Assembly (NCBI GenBank): GCA_964016885.1
Contig: OZ024749.1
Coordinates: 38,068,001-38,132,000, forward strand
Length of the DNA: 64,000 nucleotides
Direction: 5' to 3'
From: Eledone cirrhosa
Lineage: Eukaryota
Of the stretch, positions 1 to 13,935 are shown piece by piece. The notes under the pieces were generated by a model. The model was not told where the DNA came from, did not search any database, and saw only the letters and a list, made by a program, of their open reading frames with translations. Numbering within the stretch: position 1 is the first letter of the stretch; every line of letters starts with the position of its first letter. The position numbers and the translations under genes were made by a program.

Positions 1-36
<36 letters not shown>
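1..36. repeat. (GATA)n microsatellite
   Basis: Read directly from the sequence. Confidence 0.95.
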
Positions 37-439
37 CTTGCATGCATATACTCTGACAGATAAAGGTTTGCGAGATTTGGTGTGGCTGTGTGTGTCTATG
101 TGTTTGTGTGTGTTCCATTTTTTAGTCCCTATATCGTCTATAAAATATTCTCTTTGTATTTCCCGTGTAAAATTGCAATGCTGCTGAGTTAGATTAATAG
201 GCAGAAGATATCGTTTTTCCCTCTAAAATACTGTAAATAATATTAAATACCAACCAGCAAACAGCGAAGAGTTTATTACGAATTCAACCTTAAGATATCA
301 TTTATCAAATGTGAAAGAACACAAGAAACCATTTTTTCTTGGCTTCAACAGGAAGAATTTTTAAGACTCTGGGTCAAGATCCTTTTTGGCACACAACAAA
401 TTATCGATCTATCAGGAATTCTCTTACGATAGTAGGCTG

Positions 440-830
<391 letters not shown>

Positions 831-1210
831 TGAATGTAAAGAAAATATAAGAAATATAAGAAGTATAAAAAGAAGATAGTAAAGAATACAGAAGTCGAGA
901 AAGCGAAAGCTAGAAAGGAATTGTAAGCAGGAATGAAAAATAATTAAAATCTCGCCACAATGGTTTGAGAGCTATGATAAATGGTTACTAAGGTGATGGA
1001 TTTGATTGTGGCTTAGAAAAGTTTGTTAGTAGATAATTTAGATAACTGTTCTCCTTACCACTCCTTTCCCCGCCGGATATTAGCGTTTGTGGAAATAAAA
1101 TTAATTTTGCATTCACACACACACATTCATATATATGTGTATATAATTTTGTATATGTTATTATATATATATATACACACACATATATATATATATATAT
1201 ACATACACAC

Positions 1211-1309
<99 letters not shown>

Positions 1310-1354
1310 AAGGAAAAGCGAAGTAGTTTCAGATGTTCAAGTCCTTTAATAATA

Positions 1355-1507
1355 ATTGTTTCTACTATTGGCACAAGGCCAGCAATTACCCAGTACATTA
1401 CTGGTACTTTATTTTATCGACCCCCCGTAAGGATGAAAGGCAAAGTTAACCTCGGCAGGATTTGAACTCAGAATGGAAAGGGATGTAACTCTTTGCGTCA
1501 AAGCAAG
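1355..1507 (-). mobile_element. 5'-truncated tRNA-derived cephalopod SINE inserted into another dispersed repeat
   Basis: Matches the window SINE consensus (B-box GAGTTCAAATCC, central aactttgcctttcatccttacggggtcgataaaat). Flanked by duplicated ctttaataataat. Related host-repeat segments occur rearranged at 36125-36310. Confidence 0.85.
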
Positions 1508-1606
1508 TTCTTTAATAATAATGCTGTGATATATATTTCAGTGACGACACTGGCTATGTGGAAAAAGTACGTTGAGTGCTTGAATTGAATTGCATCAATA
1601 TTTACC

Positions 1607-1646
<40 letters not shown>

Positions 1647-1648
<2 letters not shown>

Positions 1649-1790
1649 TTTAAGCAAAGAATCGCTGCTTTCACCCTTAACGGGATCTTCAGAAGATCCC
1701 GTTAAGGGTGAAAGCACCGATTCTTTGCTTGAACTTTAATCTGTTATTTTAATAAATATTCGCTCTAGGGTTTCTATATATTTGATATAT
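1647..1790. mobile_element. HHR-like family A element with fold-back palindrome
   Basis: Arms of about 45 bp, aagtttaagcaaagaatcgctgctttcacccttaacgggatcttc and its reverse complement, with the axis near 1690. Family also at 17901-18061, 20392-20455, 24180-24380, 36838-36928, 37133-37280 and 38068-38157. Confidence 0.8.
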
Positions 1791-1804
1791 ATATATATCA
1801 TCAT

Positions 1805-1947
<143 letters not shown>

Positions 1948-2341
1948 CAATTTTGTATATATTAATATATTATTATGTATATATGTATATATATGTATAT
2001 ATATGTAATTTTGTATATTTTATTATGTATATATGCATTATATATATAATGTGCCTTCAGTGACGTTACTTTCAATAGGTATACCATACATCAATCATAT
2101 ATATATGTGTGCATATACATAACTTCATAATAAATTACCACTGTCAAGTGACAACCAGTTTCTGCTAGATTTATTTGAGAGATGGTAATTTGATATCTAA
2201 CTCCCTGCATCTATCACACAACATTGTTAGTGGTATATAGAACAGCAGCCGTTTGTAGCTATCTCCCTATGCCTCCTAGATATCTATATAAATATTGTCC
2301 ATCAACCTACATAACTAGCTACCTATCTATCTACCTACCTA

Positions 2342-3190
2342 GGCATGGAGGAAGACGAACTGGCCAACCTGTTCGGTAGGACATTCAGCCCGGGACCCAT
2401 GGATAACTTCCAGAGGTCCCTGGCCTGGCAATGCTACAGAAGGGCTCTGCCCGTTCGAGAAAGGCTCTACAGACACGGGCGCCCGGGTAGGGACCCATCG
2501 AAAAAGGTCTGTCCCAGATGCGTGTGCGACGAGGAAACCGTTGCACACGCATTGGTACACTGCTCGGGCATTGCCGATCTGTGGGGCTATGTCGAACAAC
2601 TGCTGTCAAGGGTGGGACCGATCCGGTTGACCACCGAGTCTATTGTAACGATCAAGCCGCCTCCCCTCTTCAAAAACGAAGGAGAGGCGGTGTTTCTGTG
2701 CGTAATAGCCATGGCGAAAGAGGTTGTATGGTGGACGCGTCTGAAAGGACTGAGGTCAGACACCTTTCTCTCTGGCCAACAACTGGTCCGTTTCTTCCGA
2801 TATCATTTCGGAAGAAGGATCAGGATGGAGAGAGAGGTGCTCCACCCCAGCCGTTTCTATGAAAGATGGGTGAAAGTGGCGAGAATGGCCCGTGTGAATG
2901 GGCCTTCACTCTACATCAGACTATAAGTGAGGAAGATGAAAGACCAAGGGAGCACCCCTTCTCTGTGCTCCTGAGGAAAAGGGTTGCACACTTTTCTTCG
3001 GGGGTGTGTGCGAGACCCCAAGGCGCCTCCTCTCTATTGAGGACTTTGTTATAAATTTTATTTTTTGTTATATTTTATTTTATTTTTATATATTGTTATT
3101 GCCTCCTCCTTATTGAGGACGCCTTGTTTTGTAAACTCCCCCCATTGTACTTGTCCCACTTTTGATGCCCTGGTGGCAAATAAAAGAAAC
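2342..3190 (+). mobile_element. 5'-truncated Tx1-like LINE (ORF2 C-terminus with RT-associated zinc finger, plus 3' UTR)
   Basis: ORF 2345..2926 contains AWQCYRRALPVRERL...CPRC..EETVAHALVHC. AATAAA lies near 3180. A 15-bp TSD ctatctacctaccta occurs at 2327-2341 and 3199-3213. Confidence 0.85.
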
Positions 3191-3345
3191 ATATCTACCT
3201 ATCTACCTACCTATATGTCCATCTGTCTGTCTAAACAAATCTTAAGAGCAATCCGATGAGAGAGAAATTGACATACAAAGAGACAAACAGATAGATAGAT
3301 AAATAGATTGATTGACTGATAGATAGATAAATTGCATGATAGATA

Positions 3346-3729
3346 TATTTCTTTATTAGCCACAGGGGCACAAAAGAAGGGGACAAATACAAAGGGGGAA
3401 GTTTACATACAATAAAAACGTGTAAAATGTTATCACAGATGGAATTTAAAAGTTAGTCGATTTTCCCCAATAGAGGGAGACAGTTTATATGGGTAACACA
3501 TACCCCCGAAAAAAAATGTGCAACCCTCATCTCCAGGAGTACGAAGAGCTTGTACTCCTTTCCTCTCCTCCTCCTTTTCCCCAATCTACAGGCTGATATA
3601 GAGAGAAGGCCCATTCACTCGGGCCATTCTCGCCACTTTCACCCACCTTTCATAAAACTTGCTGGGGTACAGCACCTCTCTCTCCATCCTGATTCTTCTT
3701 CCAAAGTGGTATTTGAAAAAAAGAATCAG
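3346..3729 (-). mobile_element. Second, shorter copy of the same Tx1-like family
   Basis: Minus strand translates ...FFKYHFGRRIRMEREVLYPSKFYERWVKVARMARVNGPSLYISL*, homologous to the end of ORF 2345..2926. A 14-bp TSD ttgcatgatagata occurs at 3332-3345 and 3730-3743. Confidence 0.88.
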
Positions 3730-3735
3730 TTGCAT

Positions 3736-3770
<35 letters not shown>

Positions 3771-3928
3771 CGATGGATGGATGTCATAATTTTGTGCATA
3801 ATTTTTTGATAATTATTAAAGAAAATATATAATTGATTTAAACCAATGTTAAATGAAATACGGCAATGACAGGCATTGACAAGGACAGGCGTGGCAAGTA
3901 AAATTAAGTTTTCAAGCAAATCTTCCAT

Positions 3929-4046
3929 AGAATCAAGGAGTTATTATTACAGAATCAAGGAGTTATTATTACAGAATCAAGGAGTTATTATTACAGAATC
4001 AAGGAGTTATTATTACAGAATCAAGGAGTTATTATTACAGAATCAA
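3929..4046 (+). repeat. 22-bp tandem repeat (about 5.3 copies) fused to the 5' end of a truncated SINE (about 4043-4157)
   Basis: Unit agaatcaaggagttattattac repeated perfectly. Confidence 0.93.
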
Positions 4047-4192
4047 ATCCCGCCGAGGGTAACTTTGCCTTTCATCCTTACGGGGTCGATGAAATAAGGT
4101 ACCAGTAATGTACTGGGTAATTGCTGGCCTTGTGCCTAAAATAGAAACAATTATTATAAGTATATACGTTCAACAATCTGGCAGGAAGGTAT

Positions 4193-4235
4193 ACGTTGCT
4201 GACGATAGCTAATAAGCTTGAAACTAGTACAGCGT
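4193..4235 (+). ncRNA. Minimal type-I hammerhead ribozyme
   Basis: ACGTTG-CTGACGA-T.AGCT(aata)AGCT.T-GAAA-CTAG-TA^CAGCGT. Stem I has 6 bp including one G.U pair, and stem III (ACTAGT) is palindromic. Confidence 0.82.
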
Positions 4236-4611
4236 TCCTTTGTCAGTGTTGAACAAACGAGCAACGATGGTTGCTAGAGTCTACGGCTTAATACGGGATG
4301 TTTGTTTACAAGTACACCGAGCTTATAATAAATGTTCGGTGAATCCATACGTACATATATATATGTGTGCATGTGTGTATATATATATACATACTACTGA
4401 ACGTCTGAATACATATATGTATATACGTGTACATACTTATATTTAAGTAACAGCCGTACTAAGAGTGGGAAATGAAATTTCGTTTCATTTTTTCCGTTTA
4501 TCGTTTTCGGTGCACCCGGCCGATTAACCCACTCGATATGCAAATTAGGCTACTCAGCCGTTAATATGCATAAGTTAAGTATATACGTTCAACAATCTGG
4601 CAGGAAGGTAT

Positions 4612-4654
4612 ACGTTGCTGACGATAGCTAATAAGCTTGAAACTAGTACAGCGT
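4612..4654 (+). ncRNA. Minimal type-I hammerhead ribozyme (second copy)
   Basis: Identical to 4193-4235, 419 bp downstream. Confidence 0.82.
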
Positions 4655-4858
4655 TCCTTTGTCAGTGTTGAACAAACGAGCAACGATGGTTGCTAGAGTC
4701 TACGGCTTAATATAGGATGTTTGTTTACAAGTACACCGAGCTTATAATAAATGTTCGGTGAATCCATACGTACATATATATATGTGTGCATGTGTGTATA
4801 TATATATACATACTACTGTACGTCTGCATACATATATGTATGTACGTGTACATACTTA

Positions 4859-4979
<121 letters not shown>

Positions 4980-6339
4980 ATATATATGAATATATAATAT
5001 TTATGGGAAGACCTAGAATATATTGAAAACTAATGTCAACTTTTTTAAAACAATTTATAGTAATTCGGAAATAATAAGAACAAATTATTTTTTAAATGAA
5101 ATCCGTTTTCAAATTATTTTGCGCTGCTCTTTTTTTCTTCGTTAATAAGAAAAGATATTTCAATAGAAATACATTGAAATTTAATCTAGGCAGATATTTT
5201 GCGTCTTTCCTTGTGTATTTAGGCGTTTATGTATGTGTCTGATTATATGTGTGCGTATCTGTTTGGGATGGTGTTTATGTGTTCATGTGTGAGTATGTAG
5301 CTGTGCGATGTATGTTTGTTAGTGTGCATATGTTATGTCGGGAGTTTGTGCATGCGGGAATTCATGTGTGTATATGTGTGTGTATACATATGTCTGTGTT
5401 GGAGTGAACGTATGTGTGTGTGTATATTTTTGTGCATATGTGCATTTATGTATGTGTGTGTATGTGAGTGTCCTTGTATGTATGTGTAGGTATTCATTAT
5501 ATATAGCATCCAATAAATAATTGAATATTCGCTCTTCATGGCGTGTGATGTCAATAATGTTTACTAATTCAAGGAACTAACCAGCAATTTTGTTGGTGGG
5601 CGAGAACAGTCGATTTTATCGACTGCAGTATTTTGACTGGTTCTTTATTGACCTCGCAAAGAATAAAAGGCTAAATTGACCTCATAATAACAATAATAAT
5701 TTATAACATAGATACACGAATAGAAACTTTATGGAGGTGGATATATTCGGTAGGAGTTACCCAAAAATTCGAATAGAATTTATTTTATAGATCCACAAGT
5801 GACCTATACATCATTGTAGCCATCTATTGTATCTTGGCTTCCTTCTTTCTTAATATCATGGCAAACCTGAACTCTAGAAAGTGAGGTTGACATCGTATAG
5901 CTCTGTCTCATTTTAATCCAAATGAAGTATAACAACATTAACAACAACTTCACTACTGGTGACATCCATAAAAAACACATAAAAATAATAACAGCAGCAA
6001 CAATAAGAACAACAACAAATAGTACAAGAAGAGCAAGAAAAACAACAATCATAAACACAAGAAATACATTTTTTTATTTGATTCCAAATAAAGATAAGAA
6101 AAATAAAATATAAGAAAAATAAAATATTTAAAAAATCACAAAATATGGAAGCATTAAAAAAATTTTCGATTAATATTTTGTCTTTTTCTTTCTTGCTAAG
6201 GTTTTATATATTTTTATTGCAAGATTCTTATATTTGATTTACGTGAGAGTTTTGTCACCTCTCACCTGATAAGGCTTCCTGTAGAGTTGATTATATATTG
6301 AATATATATACACATACAGTCACACACAAACAAACACAT

Positions 6340-6370
<31 letters not shown>

Positions 6371-6949
6371 CATACACATATACAACTATTCCTATTCAGG
6401 CAGGCTAATAAGATTTTAAAGGTATTTTAAAAGAAATCGATCGATCGATAACACTGCAAAAATATTGTGAGGGCGAATTGGTTGACAGTCGTTAGAACAT
6501 CGGATAGAAGGCATTGCTGCTTTACCGTATTAGTATCGATTTTCTGCACTCTCAATATTCCCTTTTGTTATTTCAAGGTCGATAAATATAATACCAGTCA
6601 GATACTGGTGGGGTCGATTTCCCCCATTTTCTTATCCTAACTATGACGTGCCCGTTTGACTCCAGTCACTCAAATAAGTCTCCAATTTGGATTATGACCG
6701 AACTCCTGCTGATGAAATGTTACTTCAGACCTGATTACGTAATATTTGTAAATATTGCACGACTTCTGTGAGTAACATTTGCTGATGCAACTGTTGTACA
6801 CAGGACATAAACATAGAAACTGTACAGTTTGTATCTATACATTATGTCCACACTAAGCCGTTTATCTTCTTATTTAATTGATGAGTGAGTTGATAGCGGC
6901 TGTAGTTAAACGGATTATATACGGGTGGCTTTGTTAAAGTTGATTTATA

Positions 6950-7011
<62 letters not shown>

Positions 7012-7252
7012 TGTGTTTGTGTGTGTGTGTGTGACATGGCGAGATTGAGAGAGAGAGTTGTGATAAGTGAATATTTACTGAGAATTCCAATTTAATTCTA
7101 GATAACTACTGATAAATACTCTTTAAGTAACTATTACACACACACACACACACACATACATACACACACACGCATATATATATATAGAGAGAGTCCAACT
7201 GGTACACCATAGTGATAATGACACCAGTTTCATACTGTAGTAGAATCAGGTG

Positions 7253-7285
<33 letters not shown>

Positions 7286-7286
<1 letters not shown>

Positions 7287-7450
7287 GAAAAGATTCAGGG
7301 CCCCGACAGCTGAGCTCCAGCCATTTCTACAGCTAGATCCAAACACCGTCGGGCTCCTGAATCATTTCCTATTACCCACCCTACTACCCCAAGTATCGAG
7401 TACTCTGGTGCGTTATAGTCAACCAGGTATCTTATCACACCCTCTTTGTT
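7286..7450. mobile_element. Family B element (partial HHR 3' half plus tail) with inverted 5' segment
   Basis: Homologous to 13520-13879, 23925-24008, 38388-38590, 45200-45340 and 58195-58392. Confidence 0.7.
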
Positions 7451-7867
7451 ATATATATATATATATATACAGGTTTCACTGTGAAAATGTGAAAAACAAT
7501 GCAAATGAATACATGCTTTGAGTGATGTATATATTTTTTGTGAACGCCAATTTGTTTTTGTAAGTTAAGGTGTGCTTTTGTGTATGTATGTTGCAACAAA
7601 CTCCTGAATATGTGTGAAATTTGGTTGTCTGCAACTGTTCTAAAAAATGTTAAATGTTTAATCTTCTAAGAAAACCTCTAAATATGAAGACAATTCACTG
7701 TCAGTATGATTAAAAGAGTGAGTATGAGAAGCACATACCATAATAAATAAACAGAACGTATCACATCTTTTTGCAATTCCTGGGATTCACTAATACTATA
7801 CATCATGGAAAAAGATTTACTACCTACAAATACAATATTTTCTAAAGGAATATATTTTTATCGCAAT

Positions 7868-8262
7868 GAGCGGTGGATTGGCAGTATCGGTAGAGGGTCT
7901 GACGCCATGCTTTGCAGCAAAGAGTTACGGCCCTTTATGGTCTGAGTTCAAATCCCGCCGAGGTTAACTTTGCCTTACATCCTTACGGGGTCGATAAAAT
8001 AAAGTACCAGCAACGTATTGGGTAATTGCTGGCCTTGTGCCTATATAAGAAACAATTATTAGGATGAAGGGCGGGGGGTTGGCAGTATCGGTCGAGGGTC
8101 GGACGCCATGCTTTGACGTATAGAGTTACGGCCCTTGCCATTCGGAGTTCAAATCCCGCCGCGGTTAACTTTGCCTTTCATCCTTACGGGGTCGATAAAA
8201 TAAAGTACCAGTAATGCACTGGGTAATTGCTGGCCTTGTGCCAAAAGTAGAAACAATTATTA
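7868..8262 (+). mobile_element. Two tandem full-length tRNA-derived SINEs
   Basis: A-box TGGCAGTATCGG, B-box GAGTTCAAATCC, shared central domain and attatt tail in both. Confidence 0.9.
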
Positions 8263-8289
8263 GGATGAAGGACTGCCTCATATTTAACA

Positions 8290-8810
8290 AGAACTACAAC
8301 AGCTGCAGTATTCAAAATTATTTCTACACCACCATGTTTATCGCACTCAAGATATTTTACAACATTGTTAAGGCCAAAGGTCATTCAAAGTTTGACAACA
8401 ATAACCCCAGTATATAAAATTATATCATCATCACCATGTATATCATACTCAAAAACTCTCATAGCCAAGATTTCACAGCATTGTTAAGACCAAAGGCCAT
8501 TTGATTTTAATACTGTTCCAGTATTTAACATCATATCTACACCACCATATTTATCACACGCAAATATTCTCACAGCCAAAATTTCACAGCATTGTTCAGA
8601 CGAAAGTCCATTCCATTTTTAACAGCATCAGTTCTAGTATTTAACAACATGTCTATACCTCCATGTTTATCACACTCAATTATTCTCACAGCCAAGATTT
8701 CACAACATTGTTAAAACCAAAGGCCGTTCCATTTTTAACAACAGCTCCAGTATTTAACATATCTACACAGCTACGTTTATCACACTCAAACAATCTCACA
8801 GTTCCAGATA
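8290..8810. repeat. Degenerate tandem repeat of about 110-120 bp (about 4.5 copies)
   Basis: Recurring cagccaagatttcacarcattgttaagaccaaagg...cagtatttaaca...ccatgtttatcacactcaa. Confidence 0.8.
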
Positions 8811-9089
8811 ACATTTGAATAACTGAAGTGGCTGGACTTTCATCAGTTATGACAGAAAGTTTCTGTGTCGTGAGAATATATGTTGCTATTATATTTATTT
8901 TCATGGAACGATATTCCATCTTGAATGACATATGAAGGTTTATTTTTTCTATTGATAATGATTTACCAATCTTTATGTCTGGAAATACTGTCTTATATAC
9001 AGTCGGAAAATGATGAATTTTTGTAAAGAGAATTTTTCTGTTCAATAATATTTTGTAACCAACATTAAAACACAAATGTTTCACCATAT

Positions 9090-10347
9090 AAAAAACTCTA
9101 CAACCACAACCACATCATTGCAATCACCACTACACCACTACAATTAGCAGAACATGTATAAACCATACCACTGCAGCTGTCATCATCAGACTATGTTTAC
9201 TACCATACCACTATATCCAATACCATAATATCACTACTTATACGAGAAACACAACTCTACAACCATCATCATCACAACACTTACTTTACCAACATCCCCA
9301 AAATACATCTATCACTACCCTCCCTCTATCACTACCACAAAACCACAACCAACACTGTCACAACATTACCACAAGTATAACATTACAACCACCCATCAGC
9401 ACCATAATGTCTTTACTACCATCACCATCACCATCACAACACTACAACCACCAGTAACACAACACTGTTTCTACCATCATCACCACCACATCATTTTTTT
9501 CGATTACTGCTATAATACTATAGCCATCACCATAACAATATAACCTTTATTGTTATCACATCGCTGTGTCTACTGTCAACAAACCTACAACTGCCATGAT
9601 CACAACACTACCTCTTCTACCAATACAATTCTACAATCACTACCATCACAGTATTTCTTCTACTACTACCACCACCATCACTATGCTGCCTTTAACATCT
9701 CCTTTACTGTGACTATAACACGAAGCTATCACCATTACAAAACAACCTTAACCAACTTCACAAAATTCTAACCACCATTACATCGCTACAATTCTAAACC
9801 ACTACAATGCTAGTTGCATCACTCAACCAAATCTCTCATCTTCCATGCTACTAGAGATGTATCGAGTGTGTTGCTAAGGGTTACACCAATGGAAGGAAAA
9901 CAATTCACAAATCTGTTGTAAAAGTAAAATAAAAATGGATGACACAGCTTTCGGCCATTGGGTTCCAGTTCTTGTTATACACATTCCTCGATGATTTAAT
10001 ATTTTGTTCATTGTTTTATGTTTTGTTTTGTTTTGTTTTGTTTTGTTTGTTGTGTTTTTTCTCTCTCTCCAAAACAATGCTTCGTAAATTAGAAACGACA
10101 GCTGGCCTCTTGAAAGCTTGTAGTTTCCTTATATGTCAAAAGCACAATGTTTATCAGTTGCCAACTATGCTATAACTGTCGTCAACAACGGTGACAACAT
10201 CACAACTATAACAACAGCAACAAGAAAAACTACAACAATAACAACAGCAACAAGAAAAACTACAACAATAACAACAACCATCACAACCACAGCAGCATCA
10301 ATAACAATTACTAACGTCCTTTACCACTACCAACAACCACAACAGTG

Positions 10348-10387
<40 letters not shown>

Positions 10388-10850
10388 CCAAAGCACAAGC
10401 ACCACAACCACAGCAGCAACAACAGCAACAATTAATAATAAAAAACAACCAGCCCTACACCACTGCCAACAACAACCACAACACTAACAACAGTAAGATG
10501 TAACGAAACGCCAACCAAAAAAATGTATAAACCACCACCACAGCTGCACCAACCAATAACAACCATCAATAACGCCACAACAACATTATCAAGGACAGTG
10601 ACAACAACAACAGCCACCAACCAAAACTACAAACATCACAACCACAGCAGCAACAACAATAACCACCAACCAAAACTATAACCACCACAACCACAGCAAC
10701 ATCAACAGCCACAATTACTAAATCCTACACCCCTACCAACAACCGCAACAATAACAACAGTAAGATGTAACGCAACAGCAATCAATAAAATCCGTTAATA
10801 ACACCACAACAACACTATCAAGAACAGTGACAGCAGCAACAACAAAATAG
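9090..10850. repeat. Low-complexity (ACC/AAC)-rich region
   Basis: Degenerate trinucleotide tracts; pure (AAC)n near 10349-10388. Confidence 0.85.
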
Positions 10851-11200
10851 AGAACTTAAAATCTCTGAAAAATTATATAACAACAAATCTTAGAAAAGAA
10901 TATCGATTCTAAGGGAGTGTTTTTGTTTGTCTTTAGTTGTTTTCTGGGTTCTTTTTTTTCATGTCTTTAAACTTTTTTTTCATGTCTTTAAACTTTTTTG
11001 AATAAATATTCAACTTATTGAATGACAAGATAAGGCAAAACAACAAACAAACAAAAGAGAGAGAGGAGGTGAGTAAATATAATAAATTAATTTAAATGGT
11101 AAAGAAGTAAAAGAATATATCATTCCTAAGAAGAAGAAGATGACAACGGAATATGAAGAACACAGATGACAGAACTACTACTAACATTACCACTAATAAT

Positions 11201-11415
11201 GGTTTCTTATATAGACACAAGGCTAGCAATTTTGGGGGAGGGGAAAGTCGATTAAATCGACATCAGTGCGTAGCTGGTACATTATTTTATCGACCCCGTA
11301 AGGATAAAAGGCAAAGTTAACTTCGGCGGGATTTGAACTCAGATCATAAAGGGCCGTAAGTCTATGCTGCAAAGCATGGCATCTGACCCTCTACCGATAC
11401 GGCCAATCCATCGCT
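11201..11415 (-). mobile_element. Full-length SINE (longer subfamily) with 20-bp TSD
   Basis: TSD ctaacattaccactaataat at 11181-11200 and 11416-11435. Confidence 0.9.
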
Positions 11416-12191
11416 CTAACATTACCACTAATAATACTGCTTCTGATTTTGACATAAAACCGGGGATTGAGGTGAAAGAGAAATTCGACAGTATCGGCCC
11501 TAGTTGTTAATTGGTATTTCATTCTATAAACACCGGAAGGATAAAAGCCAAAGTTGACCTCGATGGGATTTGAACTCAGAACATAGAAAGTCGTAACTAA
11601 TTAACACGAAGCTGAATTATCACGATATGGAAATGAAGAAATCAATAATGTTATATAACAGGTTTGATAACCATATATATAAGAAAGCAACAGCAGCAAC
11701 AACGACAATTTCAACAGCAATAAGAAAGAGAGAGAGAGTAGCAATGTCTTCGTCAAATCTTTATAACTTCAAGAACAATAACAACAACAGAAGCCACATC
11801 ATCATCATAATCATCAACAGCAACACAAACAACAGGGTGAACTATCAGAACACGAAGGAAATTAATATCCTTTTAACTTCCGGCAAAATACTTGACTTAT
11901 GTAATCTCGTATAAATTCTCGTACAGAGAAATGAATCACATCTCGTTCTCAAACTCTTAAACTAATGAATAAGAAAAACGAAACGGAGAATAAAAATAAC
12001 AGGAGAGAAAAGGGTTTGAAAAAAAGATAAGGGGGAGGACAGGGCACAAATTCTAAATCTTTGGCTGGATGAGGCATCTCAGGTCCGCCTTACTGATAAT
12101 ATAGCAAAAGCAATGTCATGGAAAATAGCCAGTGACACCAGCTACCTCAACCATTCCACATTTTCGAATAAACTCTAACTCTTGACTGAGC

Positions 12192-12834
12192 GGCACACCT
12201 TAGTTATGCTTTGCTTACAAGATGGCGAAAGCAAGGCACACCTTAGTTATGCCTGGCTTACAAGATGGCGAAAGCAAGGCACACCTTAGTTATGCCTGGC
12301 TTACAAGATGGCGAAAGCAAGGCACACCTTAGTTATGCCTTGCTTACAAGATGGCGAAAGCAAGGCACACCTTAGTCATGCCTTGCTTACAAGATGGCCA
12401 AAGCAAGGCACACTTTAGTTATGCCTTGCTTACAAAATAACCAAAGCAAGGCACAGCTTAGTTATGCCTTGCTTACAAGATGGCGAAAGCATGGCACACC
12501 TTAGTTATGCCTTGCTTACATGATGGCGAAAGCAAGGCACACCTTAGTTATGCCTGGCTTACAAGATGGCGAAAGCAAGGCACACTTTAGTTATGCCTGG
12601 CTTACAAGATGGCGAAAGCAAGGCACACCTTAGTTATGCCTTGCTTACAAGATTGCCAAAGCAAGGCACACTTTAGTTATGCCTTGCTTATAAGATGGCG
12701 AAATCAAGGCACACCTTAGTTATGCCTTGCTTGCAAGATGGCGAGAGCAAGGCACACTTTAGTTATGCCTTGCTTACAAAATAGCGAAAGCAAGGCACAT
12801 CTTAGTTATGCCTTGCTTACAAGATGGCGAAAGC
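12192..12834. repeat. 43-bp minisatellite (about 15 copies) with an internal 10-bp inverted repeat
   Basis: Unit ggcacaccttagttatgccttgcttacaagatggcgaaagcaa; stem TGCCTTGCTT/AAGCAAGGCA. Confidence 0.95.
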
Positions 12835-13112
12835 TTTGCCAAGGAGAATAGCTATCGACACCTGCTACATCAGAACACACGACAAAGCACTTCAAAATAA
12901 CACCTGCCAAGGATCACGACTCCATCACAAAACACGGTGTTTCTTGCATTCATTTGTACCCTTTCCTTTATACACACAGACACACACATTCACATACACA
13001 CACGCAAACACAAACACGTGCATATTTACATATAATGATATACATACACACACACACAAACACACACACACATATATATATAATATATATTTTATATATA
13101 TAATATAATATA

Positions 13113-13184
<72 letters not shown>

Positions 13185-13477
13185 CAAATTAATTCCTAAA
13201 ATAATTGTGTACTAAAATAGTGACTCAATCAATGACAGATGGTGTTTTAATTAATCATCCTGGGTGTGTTAAACTTAATAGCAATGCTGATATAATATTA
13301 GAAGTATAACTAGTATGGAGTACGTAATTAGGTTTTAATTAATTATATACTAATTATATTGTATTGATTGGTGAATTCGTGCTAGATGGAAATAATTAGA
13401 AATTTATATTCACAGTTAATAACAAACAAAAATACGAATGGAAAATACCGAAATATCACGAACTATAATATATACAA

Positions 13478-13512
<35 letters not shown>

Positions 13513-13519
13513 TATAATG

Positions 13520-13874
13520 AGGGAGTTGTGGCAAGGAACCAGATAGACCATAACGCACTAGAGTACTTAATACTTAGGGTAGTAGAGTGGGTAATAGGAA
13601 AATGTATGACCCCGACGGCAGAGCTCAAGCCGTTTCGGCGCCTATTTCTGGACTATTCCAGAAATATCCGTCGAAACAGCTTGAGCTCTGCCGACGGGGT
13701 CATACATTTTCCTATATATATATATATATATATTTACATATATATATATATATATATATAGGAAAATGTATGACCCCGACAGCAGAGCTCAAGCCGTTTC
13801 GGCGCCTATTTCTGGACTATTCCAGAAATATCCGTCGAAACAGCTTGAGCTCTGCCGACGGGGTCATACATTTT

Positions 13875-13879
<5 letters not shown>
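13520..13879. mobile_element. Family B element with a ~120-bp palindrome that is itself tandemly duplicated
   Basis: Hairpins at 13594-13715 and 13758-13879, separated by (TA)n. Confidence 0.85.

Positions 13880-13935
<56 letters not shown>

Noticed and set aside
5804-6058. Hydrophobic minus-strand ORF
   Set aside because: The hydrophobic part is the reverse of an AAC-rich low-complexity tract; no other support.
6700-6845. CTGATGA, a long hairpin, and later GAAACTGTACAGTT as a hammerhead
   Set aside because: GAAA does not follow stem II and no consistent stem I exists; at most a decayed copy.
8686-9087. 133-aa minus-strand ORF and nearby CTGATGA/GAAA motifs
   Set aside because: The ORF runs into a tandem repeat with no recognisable domain, and the motif order lacks stem I.
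12192-12834. CRISPR-like palindromic array
   Set aside because: No unique spacers, no cas genes, and a eukaryotic context.
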